A DNA stretch of 64,000 nt from Candidatus Bathyarchaeota archaeon (GTDB lineage Archaea > Thermoproteota > Bathyarchaeia > Bathyarchaeales > Bathycorpusculaceae): the NCBI GenBank assembly GCA_963806535.1, contig CAWDYC010000004.1:384001-448000 (forward strand), read 5' to 3'. The stretch's first letter is position 1. Every line of letters starts with the position of its first letter. Under the pieces are notes generated by a model that was not told the DNA's origin, did no database searches, and worked only from the letters and a program-made list of their open reading frames with translations. Of this stretch, positions 53,943-64,000 are shown piece after piece. Position numbers and translations under genes: made by a program.

Positions 53943-54503
53943 TTGCAGAAAGGTGAGCGAGATGTCATGTCATATCTTGAGGCATGGAGTAGCTTTTTCA
54001 TAATTGTAGGGCCCTCTGCAGGCGCTCTGATTGGATTGCAATTCGTCATGATGACGTTAATTGCTGAGAGGTCTCCGCCACAAGCAACAGAGGCTAATCC
54101 TGCTTTTGCCACACCGACCATCGTACATTTTGGTGCCGTGCTGCTTTTGTCAGCAGTACTAAGTGCTCCATGGCCAGGAATGACGTTCGCCGCAGTTATT
54201 CTGGGTCTAATCGGTCTAATTGGAGTAGTCTACGTAATCCACGTGGCTGGACACATGAAAATGCAAACCTCATATAAACCAGAGTTCGCGGACTGGTTGT
54301 ACTATGCTCTGCTGCCCCTATTCGCATACATAATACTCGCATTATCAGCATTCATAACTCTATTTTATACAAGTGAGGCTTTGTTTGGCGTTGGAGCTGT
54401 GGCACTGTTGCTGCTTTTCATCGGCATTCATAACGCCTGGGATAGCGTCGTCTACCTTGCACTCTATAGTAAGCAGAATACGGATGGAAGGAAGGCAACC
54501 TGA
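53943..54503 (+). CDS. Hypothetical membrane protein (~5 TM)
   Basis: WSSFFIIVGPSAGALIGLQFV...IGIHNAWD; start probably ATG 53967. Confidence 0.7.
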   Translation: MQKGERDVMSYLEAWSSFFIIVGPSAGALIGLQFVMMTLIAERSPPQATEANPAFATPTIVHFGAVLLLSAVLSAPWPGMTFAAVILGLIGLIGVVYVIHVAGHMKMQTSYKPEFADWLYYALLPLFAYIILALSAFITLFYTSEALFGVGAVALLLLFIGIHNAWDSVVYLALYSKQNTDGRKAT

Positions 54504-54559
54504 TTGAATGTAAACTCAATTTGGGTTGATTTTTTGTTTTAAAGTTATTGCGTCTTGAA

Positions 54560-54698
54560 GGTTATTGACGGTTTTTTTGGAAGGGTTTGTTCTTAGTGTT
54601 TTAAGTTGCTTTTTGTGTTTGCGGTTTGCTTCATTTGCAGGTTGCGTCAAAATTTGTCAAGAATCGTCAAAAAAATAAAATTAAGTCAAAGAAAGTGA
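54560..54698 (+). repeat. Dispersed phased-decamer element, copy F
   Basis: GGTTATTGACGGTTTTT...TTGCAGGTTGCGTC (54635-54648), GTC at 10-bp spacing, ends AAGTGA. Confidence 0.85.
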
Positions 54699-54950
54699 AC
54701 CATTAATGTCCTATCAAGAGCTGTCGTGATCTAGTTTGGTCTAGCACTCGCTGTCGATATCGAAATTAACTTTATTTCGCGTTTTTGCTTCTCCTTTTTT
54801 TCTAGTTTTCCGAAATTTTATTCACTTAGCAAGTCTTTAATCGCTTCAATAAGATTGAAGTGGCGAAATCTCCTGCACACCCCTTTCTTAATTTTTGTAT
54901 CTAGCCAATCAACTTGCTTAAATGCATAGACCACAAGCTCAAAAAATTTG

Positions 54951-55769
54951 TTACTCTACCCTTTTCCCGTTTTTCCATTTGGTTTCAAAGAAGTCCCTTG
55001 CCAAATTTATAATAACTGGGCTGTTTGACCAAATAGCTGGGACTTCAGCAAATTCGGCATCACCGAAAATCGCCATGATTGTATCTTTCCCGTCAAATAT
55101 GCCTAATTTAACACTAGTTTTGGAGCAGAATTTGACTTCCATTTGTGGATTTTTAACCAATTCAGCACGAATTGACTCCAGTATTTTTTTGTTCATCGAT
55201 TTTTGTACTATCCATCTTATTTTTGCACCATTGTTACTCGCTCGTTCATAAGAATCAGAGCAAGAAGTTACCCATTTCATAAGTTCATCTGGTACGATGC
55301 TATCAACGCTAATTTGACATTTCCCGATAAGTTCTTGAGCTTTATGCAAAAGCGCTTGTTTCTTATTAATTATTAGAATTTGGTCCTTTTTGCCAGAATG
55401 ATGAGGTTTTCCATAGTTTCCCATAATTTTTTTGGCAAAAAACTGCGCTTTGTTGTTTAACTCACTAAAATAGACAATTTTTTCTCCAACCAATATAGAG
55501 AAGGCATCCATAGGCGGAACTGCTCGGAATCGATTTGGTTTTGCAATTACTTTTTCAACAATGCCTAATTTTTCGAGTTCTATCAATACCCGATAAACGT
55601 CCTGCCGTGAGACACCTGAAATTTGAAACAGACTCGCAGCATTTGATTCCATTCCTAATTTGAGAAGTGCAAGATAGATCTTGGTTTGGTTTTGGGTTAA
55701 GCCTAAATTCGAAAAAAAATTAAGATCATCTTCTTTGATAGAGAGGATCATGATGTTTATTCTGAGCAT
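54951..55769 (-). CDS. TrmB-family transcriptional regulator
   Basis: LGLTQNQTKIYLAL...SRQDVYRVLIELEKLGIVEK; IFDGK...WSNSP...FFETKW. Confidence 0.9.
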   Translation of the reverse strand: MLRINIMILSIKEDDLNFFSNLGLTQNQTKIYLALLKLGMESNAASLFQISGVSRQDVYRVLIELEKLGIVEKVIAKPNRFRAVPPMDAFSILVGEKIVYFSELNNKAQFFAKKIMGNYGKPHHSGKKDQILIINKKQALLHKAQELIGKCQISVDSIVPDELMKWVTSCSDSYERASNNGAKIRWIVQKSMNKKILESIRAELVKNPQMEVKFCSKTSVKLGIFDGKDTIMAIFGDAEFAEVPAIWSNSPVIINLARDFFETKWKNGKRVE

Positions 55770-55798
55770 GAATTTATTTAATTTTCGTAAAGTTCTCC

Positions 55799-55819
55799 TT
55801 GTCGTATGTTTGACTTACG
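55799..55819. promoter_or_regulatory. Candidate TrmB operator TTGTC-N9-ACTTACG
   Basis: Contains near-palindrome TGTC-N8-GACT; matches 17855-17875. Confidence 0.55.
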
Positions 55820-55949
55820 GCTTTTTCTTAAATAGAAAATAAAAGATAGGTAGCTCGGACCTAAAAAAATTAGGTTACACAACTTTATGGAAAGAAAAAC
55901 AAAAATGAAAACGTTAATTGTAAAAACGTCAAAAAGAGGAAAATGAAAA

Positions 55950-58637
55950 ATGACTAAAAAAACAACCATATTATCACTACTGCTCATTATCGCAATGCTG
56001 ACACCCATGGCAATGTTACCATCAGCTTTTGGTCATAGCCCACCATTACAATGTAAATCGTACGCCTACATCAACGTAGCACCTAACCCTGCAGGCTCAG
56101 GGCAAACCGTCACCATCGGTTTCTGGCTAGGCATGCCCACGCCAACAGCATCCAACGTTTTCGGCGACCACTGGTCTAACATGACTATAACAGTCACAAA
56201 ACCCAACGGACAAACCGAAACCCTCGGTCCATTCACCGCAGACGATACCGGTGGTACATTCACCGTCTACACCCCTAACCAGCTTGGCAACTACACGTTC
56301 CAAATGCACTTCCCAGGACAAACCATCATAGACGCTAACCCAGTTCCAAACGAAGCCCCCGCAATCACAGCGTGGAAAGGTGACTACTTCCTACCAGCGG
56401 ACAGCCCAGTAGCTTCCTTAACAGTTCAACAAGACCCCATACCCATGTTCCCAGAAACCCCCTTGCCCAACCAATATTGGACTCGCCCAATCGAGTCAGT
56501 CAACAATTATTGGTACCAACTCGGTGGTAACTGGCTAGGTCTTGGCGGCTCAACATTCTCCAACACAGGCATGTATAACGACACTGGAAACTACAATCCG
56601 TACACCCTCGCACCCCACACATCACACATAATGTGGACTAAACCGGTTGCGTTCGGTGGACAAATCGGCGGCGAATTCGGCGGAGACCAAACAACCAACT
56701 TCTACTCAACATCACAGTACGAGCCAAAATATGATCCAGTCATAATCAACGGCATACTTTACTACGAAATGTACCCAGGTTCAACACAGGACCCAGCAGG
56801 CATCACTGCAGTTGATCTGAGAACTGGCGAAAACGTTTGGACAATAACAGACCTAAACTCTACAATACCAAACCCAATTCAGCAGCCTAAAGGCAGGGGG
56901 TCAGTTCAAGGTAACGGTGTAATCAGCTACACAACCACCTTGCGGTGTGGTCAAACGCTAGATTATGAGTCACCAAATCAATACGGTGCGCTCTCATATC
57001 TGTGGCTTCAACTAGCTGCTAACGCCCCTACAACAGCAAACTCAGGCATCTCATACGCAATGCTTGATGCAATGACAGGTAAGTATATCCTCACAATCGC
57101 AAACGGAACTTCAATGCGACTAACTGAGGATGCAGGCGGTAACCTAATCGGCTATTACGTCAACAACACTATAGGTACGATGCTCGTTAACGGTCAAACT
57201 GTAACAAGCACAGGTCCAATGCTTTACTGCTGGAACTCAACATTTAACGTCCAATTCCCCAACGGCAAAGACCCCTCATACACCGACTGGAGATGGGAAC
57301 CGATACAAGGTTCAGTTCTTGACTTCAAGCGTGGCTTAATGTGGGCCGTACCCCTACCATCAAACTATACGGGAACGCCACTTGTAGCAGGCTTAGGAAT
57401 TAGCGCAATCCAGAGCAACACTATACTCATGACCTCAACAAGCAGCCCCGGACTCAGCTTCGGTTACGGCTGGCAAATTGAAGCAGGCTACGACCAGACC
57501 ACTGGACAGCAACTCTGGATAACCAACAGAACACAGACACCCTACACCAGAATCGATATTGAAGGCGCAGGAAACGGCGTTTACACCGAAGTCTGCTATG
57601 AAACCTCTGTTTTAGAAGGCTACAGCCTACGTGACGGCAGCAAACTATGGACGACATCCCTGCCTAACCCCAACCCGTACGATAGCATCGGCGGATACAT
57701 GCATGTGGTCGCAAACAATATAGACTACATATGGTCTTTCGGCGGTAACATCTACGCTGTAAACTTTGCAGATGGCAAAATCCTCTGGACAACCGACACA
57801 AACAAAATCAGCGGTGACCCCGGCGATAACACGCCATACGGTATATGGCCACTGTGGACATTCACAGTCGGTAGCGTCGCTGACGGTATGCTGTTTGTTC
57901 CAGAAGGACACATGTACAACCCACCGCTATTCCACGGCGCACACCAATTAGCACTCAACATAACTGATGGTTCGTTGGTGTGGCAGATACTAGCCCATGA
58001 CGTTACAAGCGGACCGGCAATCTCAGACGGCATCATGACAACCCTGAGCGCATACGACAACCTAATCTACGCCTATGGGAGAGGCCCAAGCAAGACAACC
58101 GTGGCAGCACCCCAAATGGGCGTCACCACAGCAACCCCGATAACCATCACTGGCACAGTCACCGACATTTGCGCAGGTGCAAGCCAAAACGCGCAAGCGA
58201 TGAACTTCCCCAACGGTCTTCCATGTGTTTCAGATGAAAGCATGGAGCATTTCATGGAATTCGCCTACATGCAACAGCCACAAATGTACAATACAACGGG
58301 TGTAACGGTTAAATTCAGTGTTCTTGACTCAAACAACAACTTCCGAGAAATTGGACAAACAACAAGCGATGCAACAGGTGCCTATGGCTTCACCTGGACA
58401 CCGGACATTCTAGGTAACTACACCATAATCGCCAGCTTCCCAGGCACGCAATCATACTACCCATCATCCGCCCAAACTTATATCTACGCAAGCGAAGCAT
58501 CAACGCCAGTACCAACAGCAACAGTAGCGCAATCAGTCGATAACACCATGACCATAATAGGTATAGGTGTTGCCATAATCGTCGTCATAGTCATTGTTGG
58601 CGCTGTTCAAGCAATAATGATCAGAAAACGACCATAA
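55950..58637 (+). CDS. PQQ-like beta-propeller surface protein
   Basis: Signal peptide; AVDLRTGENVW, TGQQLW, ADGKILW; GLPCVSDESM; TM+RKRP; paralog of 17936. Confidence 0.88.
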   Translation: MTKKTTILSLLLIIAMLTPMAMLPSAFGHSPPLQCKSYAYINVAPNPAGSGQTVTIGFWLGMPTPTASNVFGDHWSNMTITVTKPNGQTETLGPFTADDTGGTFTVYTPNQLGNYTFQMHFPGQTIIDANPVPNEAPAITAWKGDYFLPADSPVASLTVQQDPIPMFPETPLPNQYWTRPIESVNNYWYQLGGNWLGLGGSTFSNTGMYNDTGNYNPYTLAPHTSHIMWTKPVAFGGQIGGEFGGDQTTNFYSTSQYEPKYDPVIINGILYYEMYPGSTQDPAGITAVDLRTGENVWTITDLNSTIPNPIQQPKGRGSVQGNGVISYTTTLRCGQTLDYESPNQYGALSYLWLQLAANAPTTANSGISYAMLDAMTGKYILTIANGTSMRLTEDAGGNLIGYYVNNTIGTMLVNGQTVTSTGPMLYCWNSTFNVQFPNGKDPSYTDWRWEPIQGSVLDFKRGLMWAVPLPSNYTGTPLVAGLGISAIQSNTILMTSTSSPGLSFGYGWQIEAGYDQTTGQQLWITNRTQTPYTRIDIEGAGNGVYTEVCYETSVLEGYSLRDGSKLWTTSLPNPNPYDSIGGYMHVVANNIDYIWSFGGNIYAVNFADGKILWTTDTNKISGDPGDNTPYGIWPLWTFTVGSVADGMLFVPEGHMYNPPLFHGAHQLALNITDGSLVWQILAHDVTSGPAISDGIMTTLSAYDNLIYAYGRGPSKTTVAAPQMGVTTATPITITGTVTDICAGASQNAQAMNFPNGLPCVSDESMEHFMEFAYMQQPQMYNTTGVTVKFSVLDSNNNFREIGQTTSDATGAYGFTWTPDILGNYTIIASFPGTQSYYPSSAQTYIYASEASTPVPTATVAQSVDNTMTIIGIGVAIIVVIVIVGAVQAIMIRKRP

Positions 58638-58694
58638 AGCAGAACCAAAACATTTTCCCCTTCCTTTTTTTGTAAAGAAACGCTTTGAAAATAT

Positions 58695-58804
58695 GGGGGC
58701 TGAGTGGGCTTTGGATAAATTAACATTTGTCGTGGTTGAGAATGGTTTTTGCATTTCCCCATTCTTTTCTTCCCTTAAAGTGGTTCAGCGCCTCAGCAAA
58801 CCCT
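58695..58804 (+). ncRNA. Conserved structured element downstream of propeller gene (copy 3)
   Basis: GGGG-GCTGA[GTG]GGCTTTGGA...AGAATGG/CCATTCT...TTCAGCGCC-TCAGC[AAA]CCCT. Confidence 0.5.
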
Positions 58805-59150
58805 TCGACACCGTAGCTGTCGAAAAGATGCTTTACTTGATGCCACAGGCCGATACCGGATTGTTACTCATCTTAGGGGAATTTGCCCAAAAATTATTTC
58901 ATCAATCTTTCTCGTGTCATTCAGACTTTGGATTTTGTTTTTTAATCACCCAACACGATATTTTGCCTAATTTAGCTGTCGGTGATGTGTAAAAACTTTT
59001 GTTGGATTTTATGAAATCTTGAATTTTTTAAACACTAATCTTGCAATCATGTTTATTTTTTTTCTAATTAATGACTGATCATGATAGAGTGTTAAATATA
59101 AAATACAATAGACTAAGGGATTACCGAAACAAAAAGGAGTGAGAAAAAAA

Positions 59151-62005
59151 ATGAAATTTACGAAGAACAAAATTGCAACTTTTGTTATTGCTATATTCTT
59201 AATGCGTTCAAGACAGCTTCAATGATGCTATTGCCAACAACTGACGCACAACGCCCGCATGGCAAATACCAACATATGCCTACATACAGGCTATGCCTAA
59301 CACAGTGGGCGTCGGGCAGCAAGTAGACATTTTCTTGTGGCTTACCAACATTATTACGGTGTTACTGGATATAACGGCTCAACTTCCACAACTTTGAGCT
59401 TACCATAACAGCGGCTAATGGTGAAGTAACAACAGAAGCTTTTGCTAATATCAACCCAACGTCAGCCCAAGACTTCTGATATGTTCCTGATGAAGTCGGC
59501 ACGTACAATCTGACCTTCACCTATCCAGGAGAAGCATGCCCGACAGCAGGACTAGCCAGCCTTGTGCCAGTTGACCGATGTGCCTTATATAAATGACACT
59601 TTTACGTCATCTTCTGCATCAGGAACCTTACTGTGCAGCAGCAACCGCTCCCTGGTGCCACAACTTCTGAACCTTTGCCGACCAATTACTGGACACGACC
59701 AATATATGGTCTGAACACTAACTGGTATTCGATTTCGTCAAACTGGTTAGGCTTAGGTGCACCAAACTACGGTGGCTGGACCAATATGGTTCAAGCTCAA
59801 AGCTTTGAACTCAATGGCATGGCAGTGTTCCCAGGCGACGCTATAGGCTCTCAAACCTGCCATGTTATGTGGACTTCGCCGATGCAAAGTGGAGGAATTG
59901 TCGGAGGAGGCGCTTATGCGGTTCAAGGACAGAATATTCTTCGATGGCTCTGCATACCAGTAAGATACGTCAATCCGATAGTACTTGGTGGCCTGCTATT
60001 CGACACTGAACCCATATCATTCACAAACACGGGTTACGGACCTACCAATCCTAGTGGTCCTACAGTTCTGCGTTAATCTGCAATCGGGAAAAGTTCTTTG
60101 GTCTCGAAGCGATGTGCGACCGCTATTAATGGGCTATATGCCAGACGTCAGATGTAAACGAGCATGGAGTTTGTGAACCCATAATAATTTCAGAGCAGAC
60201 TATCGGTTCAACTACATCAGGCTTCCCCACTGTTATAGGAAATACAACTTGGATCGCTTATGATGGAGACACAGGAGACCCAATCTTCAATGTAACTAAT
60301 GTTCCAGCATATGGCTTAGAGGGATCACTTGGGCCTGGCAAAGCTATGGGTCCGGACGGTGAAGACTTGAACTATGTCTTTGCAAATGCAGGAACCGCTA
60401 CGAATCCAGACTGGCGCTTAGGCGAGTGGAACTCATCCTTGGTGAATCTTGCGTATTACCAGGGTAGACCAACATTCCAAAACCTAACCTATGTTGGCGA
60501 CAACCCAACCCCTACATAGTTATGGAGGCGATTTCAACAGGGCGAACCCCCGTTATGAGTTTAACGTTTCAGTACCATGGCTCAGCACAATGCCCGCATC
60601 AACCCCGCCGAACTCCGTTGGCAACAACAGCAGCAGCAAACAATACATATCCTTATGCCACGTTTTACGCAGCGAAGAATACTCCAGTAACGATTGTGTC
60701 GGCTAAGTACGGCGATGGAATACTTTGCTACAATGGTACAATGCCTTGCAACGGTGAAAACTTAGGTTTTCCATAGAAGCTCTGCACCGTACACGTACTT
60801 CTTTGTCAACCTCAATTCAAGTAGAGGCGCAATCGGATCGGTTGTTTGGTGGAGTACTTTTAACTCGCCAACAAACAACTACACTGTCGTACCTCAAGGA
60901 GTGGATTGGAACACTCGTATGTTCCTTCAAACATACAAGGAAAGTGTCCAATGGGTAGGATTCAACTTGGACACTGGTGAGCAAATTTGGACAGGTGCGT
61001 CGGAAGTACCCCTCAACTACTACGGCAGTCCAAGCCAAGGCGTTATCGCTGGCCAGGTTGCTTATGGTCACATCTACAGCGGTTCATCGGTGGAATAATC
61101 TATTGCTACGATGATACAACAGGGAAAGTATTGTGGACTTACGGCAACGGCGGCGCAGGCAACAGTACCAACTCTGACTTCAATTGGCCCTATGGAAATA
61201 TACCAACCTGCGTAGCCGCTATTGGCAATGGTGTAGTATACCTTTGGACAACTGAGCACACTTGGACAACACCGATTTACAAAGGTGGATTGGCACGCGC
61301 TATTAACGCTACTACAGGGCAGGAAATCTGGACATCTCATCAGTTACCATGAATTTCGGTGAGACAAGCTACGCTATGGCAGATGGCTTCAATACATGGT
61401 TTAACGGCTATGACAATCAAATCTGCACTGTAGGCAGAGGACCAAGCGCAACCACAGTTACGGCTGGACCGAAGTTTTCAACAATCGGAAATAGCGTGGT
61501 TATAGAAGGAACAGTTACAGACATATCTGCTGGCACAAAGCGAGATCAGCAAGTGGCAGACTTTCCCAACGGCGTTCCTGTCGCGTCAGACGCAAGCATG
61601 GGTCAATGGATGAGCTATGTTTATCAGCAACAATCGATGCCAACTAACTTTACTGGTGTTCCGGTGCAGTTTTACGTGCTAGACTCTAACGGGAACTATC
61701 GGCAAATAGGAAGTGCAACAACCGATGAAAGTGGTTCTTACAGTTTAACATGGACTCCTGACATTATTGGCAACTTCACTGTCTACGCCAATTTCGCGGG
61801 CACAAATGGATATTGGCCATCATCTGCTGAAACGCACTTCAACGTAGGCAGTCCGGCAGCAACTGCTCCAGTCGCGACAGCTCAAACAAACTTGGCAACC
61901 GCCGGTGATTTAATGACATATATAGTTGCATCAGCAATCGCCATAATTATTGTAATAGTAATAATTGGCGTTCTGATAATAGTGATGCAAAGAAAACGTG
62001 CATAA
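59151..62005 (+). pseudogene. Degraded or poorly assembled duplicate of the 44500-47368 propeller gene
   Basis: Collinear with 44500-47368 including ~250 bp upstream and the downstream element; many indels and stops in the 5' two thirds. Confidence 0.85.
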
Positions 62006-62067
62006 ACAACTGACAAAAAAATTTCCCTTCCTTTTTTTTGGGTTTAAGAAATAATGGCGATAAATAT

Positions 62068-62172
62068 GGGCTGAGTAGGCCTTTGATAATACTTATCTGT
62101 TCGCGTCTCAGAATGGATTTTGCGTTTCTATTCTTTTCTTCCTTTAAAGTGGTCCAGAGCATCAGCAAACCC
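62068..62172 (+). ncRNA. Conserved structured element downstream of propeller gene (copy 4)
   Basis: Near-identical to copy 2. Confidence 0.5.
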
Positions 62173-62221
62173 TTCGTAAAAGAAAGAAAAAACTTTGGAG
62201 TTTGGGTTTCAAGTTATTTGC

Positions 62222-62863
62222 TTAAGATGGCTTTTCTCTTAAACCGAACATTACAGCAAACCCAAGCAAGAAGAATGCGGAACTGCAAATTATTAGTGGA
62301 AAAGTGTATCCCTGATATGGTGTTGTCGTTATATTGTACGAATATGGTTGGCTAACTTGATATCCTCCCACGCTTATTCCTGGAATAGTCTGAGCACTTG
62401 TCTGTTGATATGCATAAGCGAAGGCTGCAAACAAAAGCAGAAGTGTTCCGAAGATGACTATGAATAGCCCTATTTTTCGATAATTAACGCTTGACTTTTT
62501 TACTGGATTAGTTTCTGTGGAAGTATTGGAATATTGAACATCGCCTTTTGCTTCAACTGGGTTGGGGATAACTACTTTCTCTTCAATTGGCGGTTGTTTT
62601 GGATGGAAATCTTCTTTAAAAATTGGGCTATCATTTCTTTTTGTTCTTTCAAACCTCAAATAGCTTATCCATATTCCAGCTATCCCCACGATAAGAAAAA
62701 CTAAACCTACAAAGAAGTATGGGGGCGATAAAAACAGTAGGGGTAGATTATTGTTGAACAGAAGAATCTGCTGTTTTGTAAGCCTTTGATATTACTGCAA
62801 GAATAATAAATAAAACTCCAACACTTGACGCAATATAGCTTAAGAGTTTGGCCAGCTTAATCA
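62222..62863 (-). CDS. Hypothetical membrane protein (5' part probably frameshifted)
   Basis: ORF 62222-62689 with two TM segments; hydrophobic reading continues up to an ATG near 62863. Confidence 0.5.
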
Positions 62864-63431
62864 TTTGTTTTCCTTCTTTCAGCTCATGTATTGTATATGA
62901 TGATATAATACTTATTCAAGTTTTCTCTTATATGTGAAAAAGGTCGTCTTTAACGAAGAGCATTGGCTGTGCATAATACTAGATACGTCACTTATGACAG
63001 TTTGATCACAGATACCCTTGAAGGATACGATAGTTATTTGCAAAAGGAAAAGGAAGCCGAACAAATAAGATCAATCATACAGGATCTATAATTGTTTACG
63101 CAAGAACCAAGGGTATAATTTAGTGATTGATGTTTCCGACGGTTTGTAAAAAACGCTGTTAACTCTCGAAAAATAAGGTGCTTTTGCTCGACGCAATTCT
63201 GGGTCATACCCTAAGCGTTCGGGCAAACGCGTGAGACCCCAAACTACCCTCTCTCTTCTGCAATATTTTTCCCGACTATTGTTTTACTCGTTTATTTATT
63301 TTATTAATCGGCGAGTAACTTGTTAGCGCGAGCCATTAAAAACGTGAAGAAGACGAAAGGTAACGTGGAGAAGAAGCAGTCAAAGATGTAATAAAACCTT
63401 TTTTTGTGAAAGCGTATAAAAATTTTCCCTA

Positions 63432-63809
63432 ATGGGAGTGCCAAGTCGACCTACCACCAATCAGAAATACAAAGAATTAAAAGTTGAACAAAGTAATCTA
63501 AACTTAGTTGGTTCAATGAGTAAAAAACAAGAGACAGATGAGAATTTAGACCTAATCAGGCGCGTTGACAAAGAATACAAAGATAGCGGGGTCAATTCAT
63601 TTTTTAATTATAAATTTGGGTTCTTGAATGCCTTTATGATCATCGTAATAGTGAATTTTGAGTCTTACTTCTTCTATTTCTTCCGTTCAGAACCAGCTCA
63701 AACGGTTATGGCGGACTTCCGACTATTTTGGCAATTTTCATTTCTTTTTCAGCGCTCACGATTACTCTTCAAGCATTCGCAGATAGGTCTGAAGAAAGTC
63801 TTCAAGTAG
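63432..63809 (+). CDS. Hypothetical membrane protein, possibly frameshifted into 63728-63931
   Basis: ORF with hydrophobic stretch; no recognisable motif. Confidence 0.35.
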   Translation: MGVPSRPTTNQKYKELKVEQSNLNLVGSMSKKQETDENLDLIRRVDKEYKDSGVNSFFNYKFGFLNAFMIIVIVNFESYFFYFFRSEPAQTVMADFRLFWQFSFLFQRSRLLFKHSQIGLKKVFK

Positions 63810-64000
63810 AAAGAAATTATTACTCGATATTAAGAAACTATGCACAAAAAACACGTTTTGAAAAGTTGAAAATATGGCGAGATTTATTTTATGGAGCAAA
63901 GGTTGAGAAAGCGATGAAAATCCATTGTTAAGAGCTATTATTAGAATAAAGGCGAAAAACCCTAAGTTGGGGCTTGAAGAATTGTTTCAAAGTAATAAAT

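Noticed and set aside
44500-62005. Diversity-generating retroelement template/variable repeat pair
   Set aside because: No reverse transcriptase, the duplication spans the entire gene, and differences are not adenine-specific.

Overview
AT-rich archaeal DNA, most likely Candidatus Bathyarchaeia. This is an inference from the expanded PQQ-like beta-propeller surface proteins with TM+KRP/KRA tails, the TrmB regulators, the REC-PAS-kinase proteins and the IPEF/IPEY-TM sorting tails. The window is an accessory mosaic: a glycosylation cluster (two GT-C-like paralogs, GT4, deacetylase, radical SAM), three REC/PAS signalling genes, four large beta-propeller surface-protein genes (two paired with a divergent TrmB), five VapBC-type TA loci, sucCD, an MMPL transporter, and an unannotated operon led by a probable SelO-like kinase-fold protein. 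Many genes are split by single-base indels, so assembly error is likely in part. The strongest unexplained signals are non-coding: (1) six co-oriented copies of a ~100-180 bp element with a TTGCAGGTTGCG core and 10-bp-phased repeats, one abutting a tRNA 3' fragment (att-arm-like); (2) a conserved ~105 nt structured element with bulge-helix-bulge-like geometry after all four propeller genes; (3) an exact 36-bp repeat / 37-bp spacer / 36-bp repeat insertion inside a TrmB gene, resembling off-target CRISPR spacer acquisition; (4) dispersed co-oriented remnants of one vapC 3' end, two of them joined to element (1) at the same base. No integrase, transposase, cas gene, rRNA or full tRNA was seen. 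All calls are by eye, without database searches.
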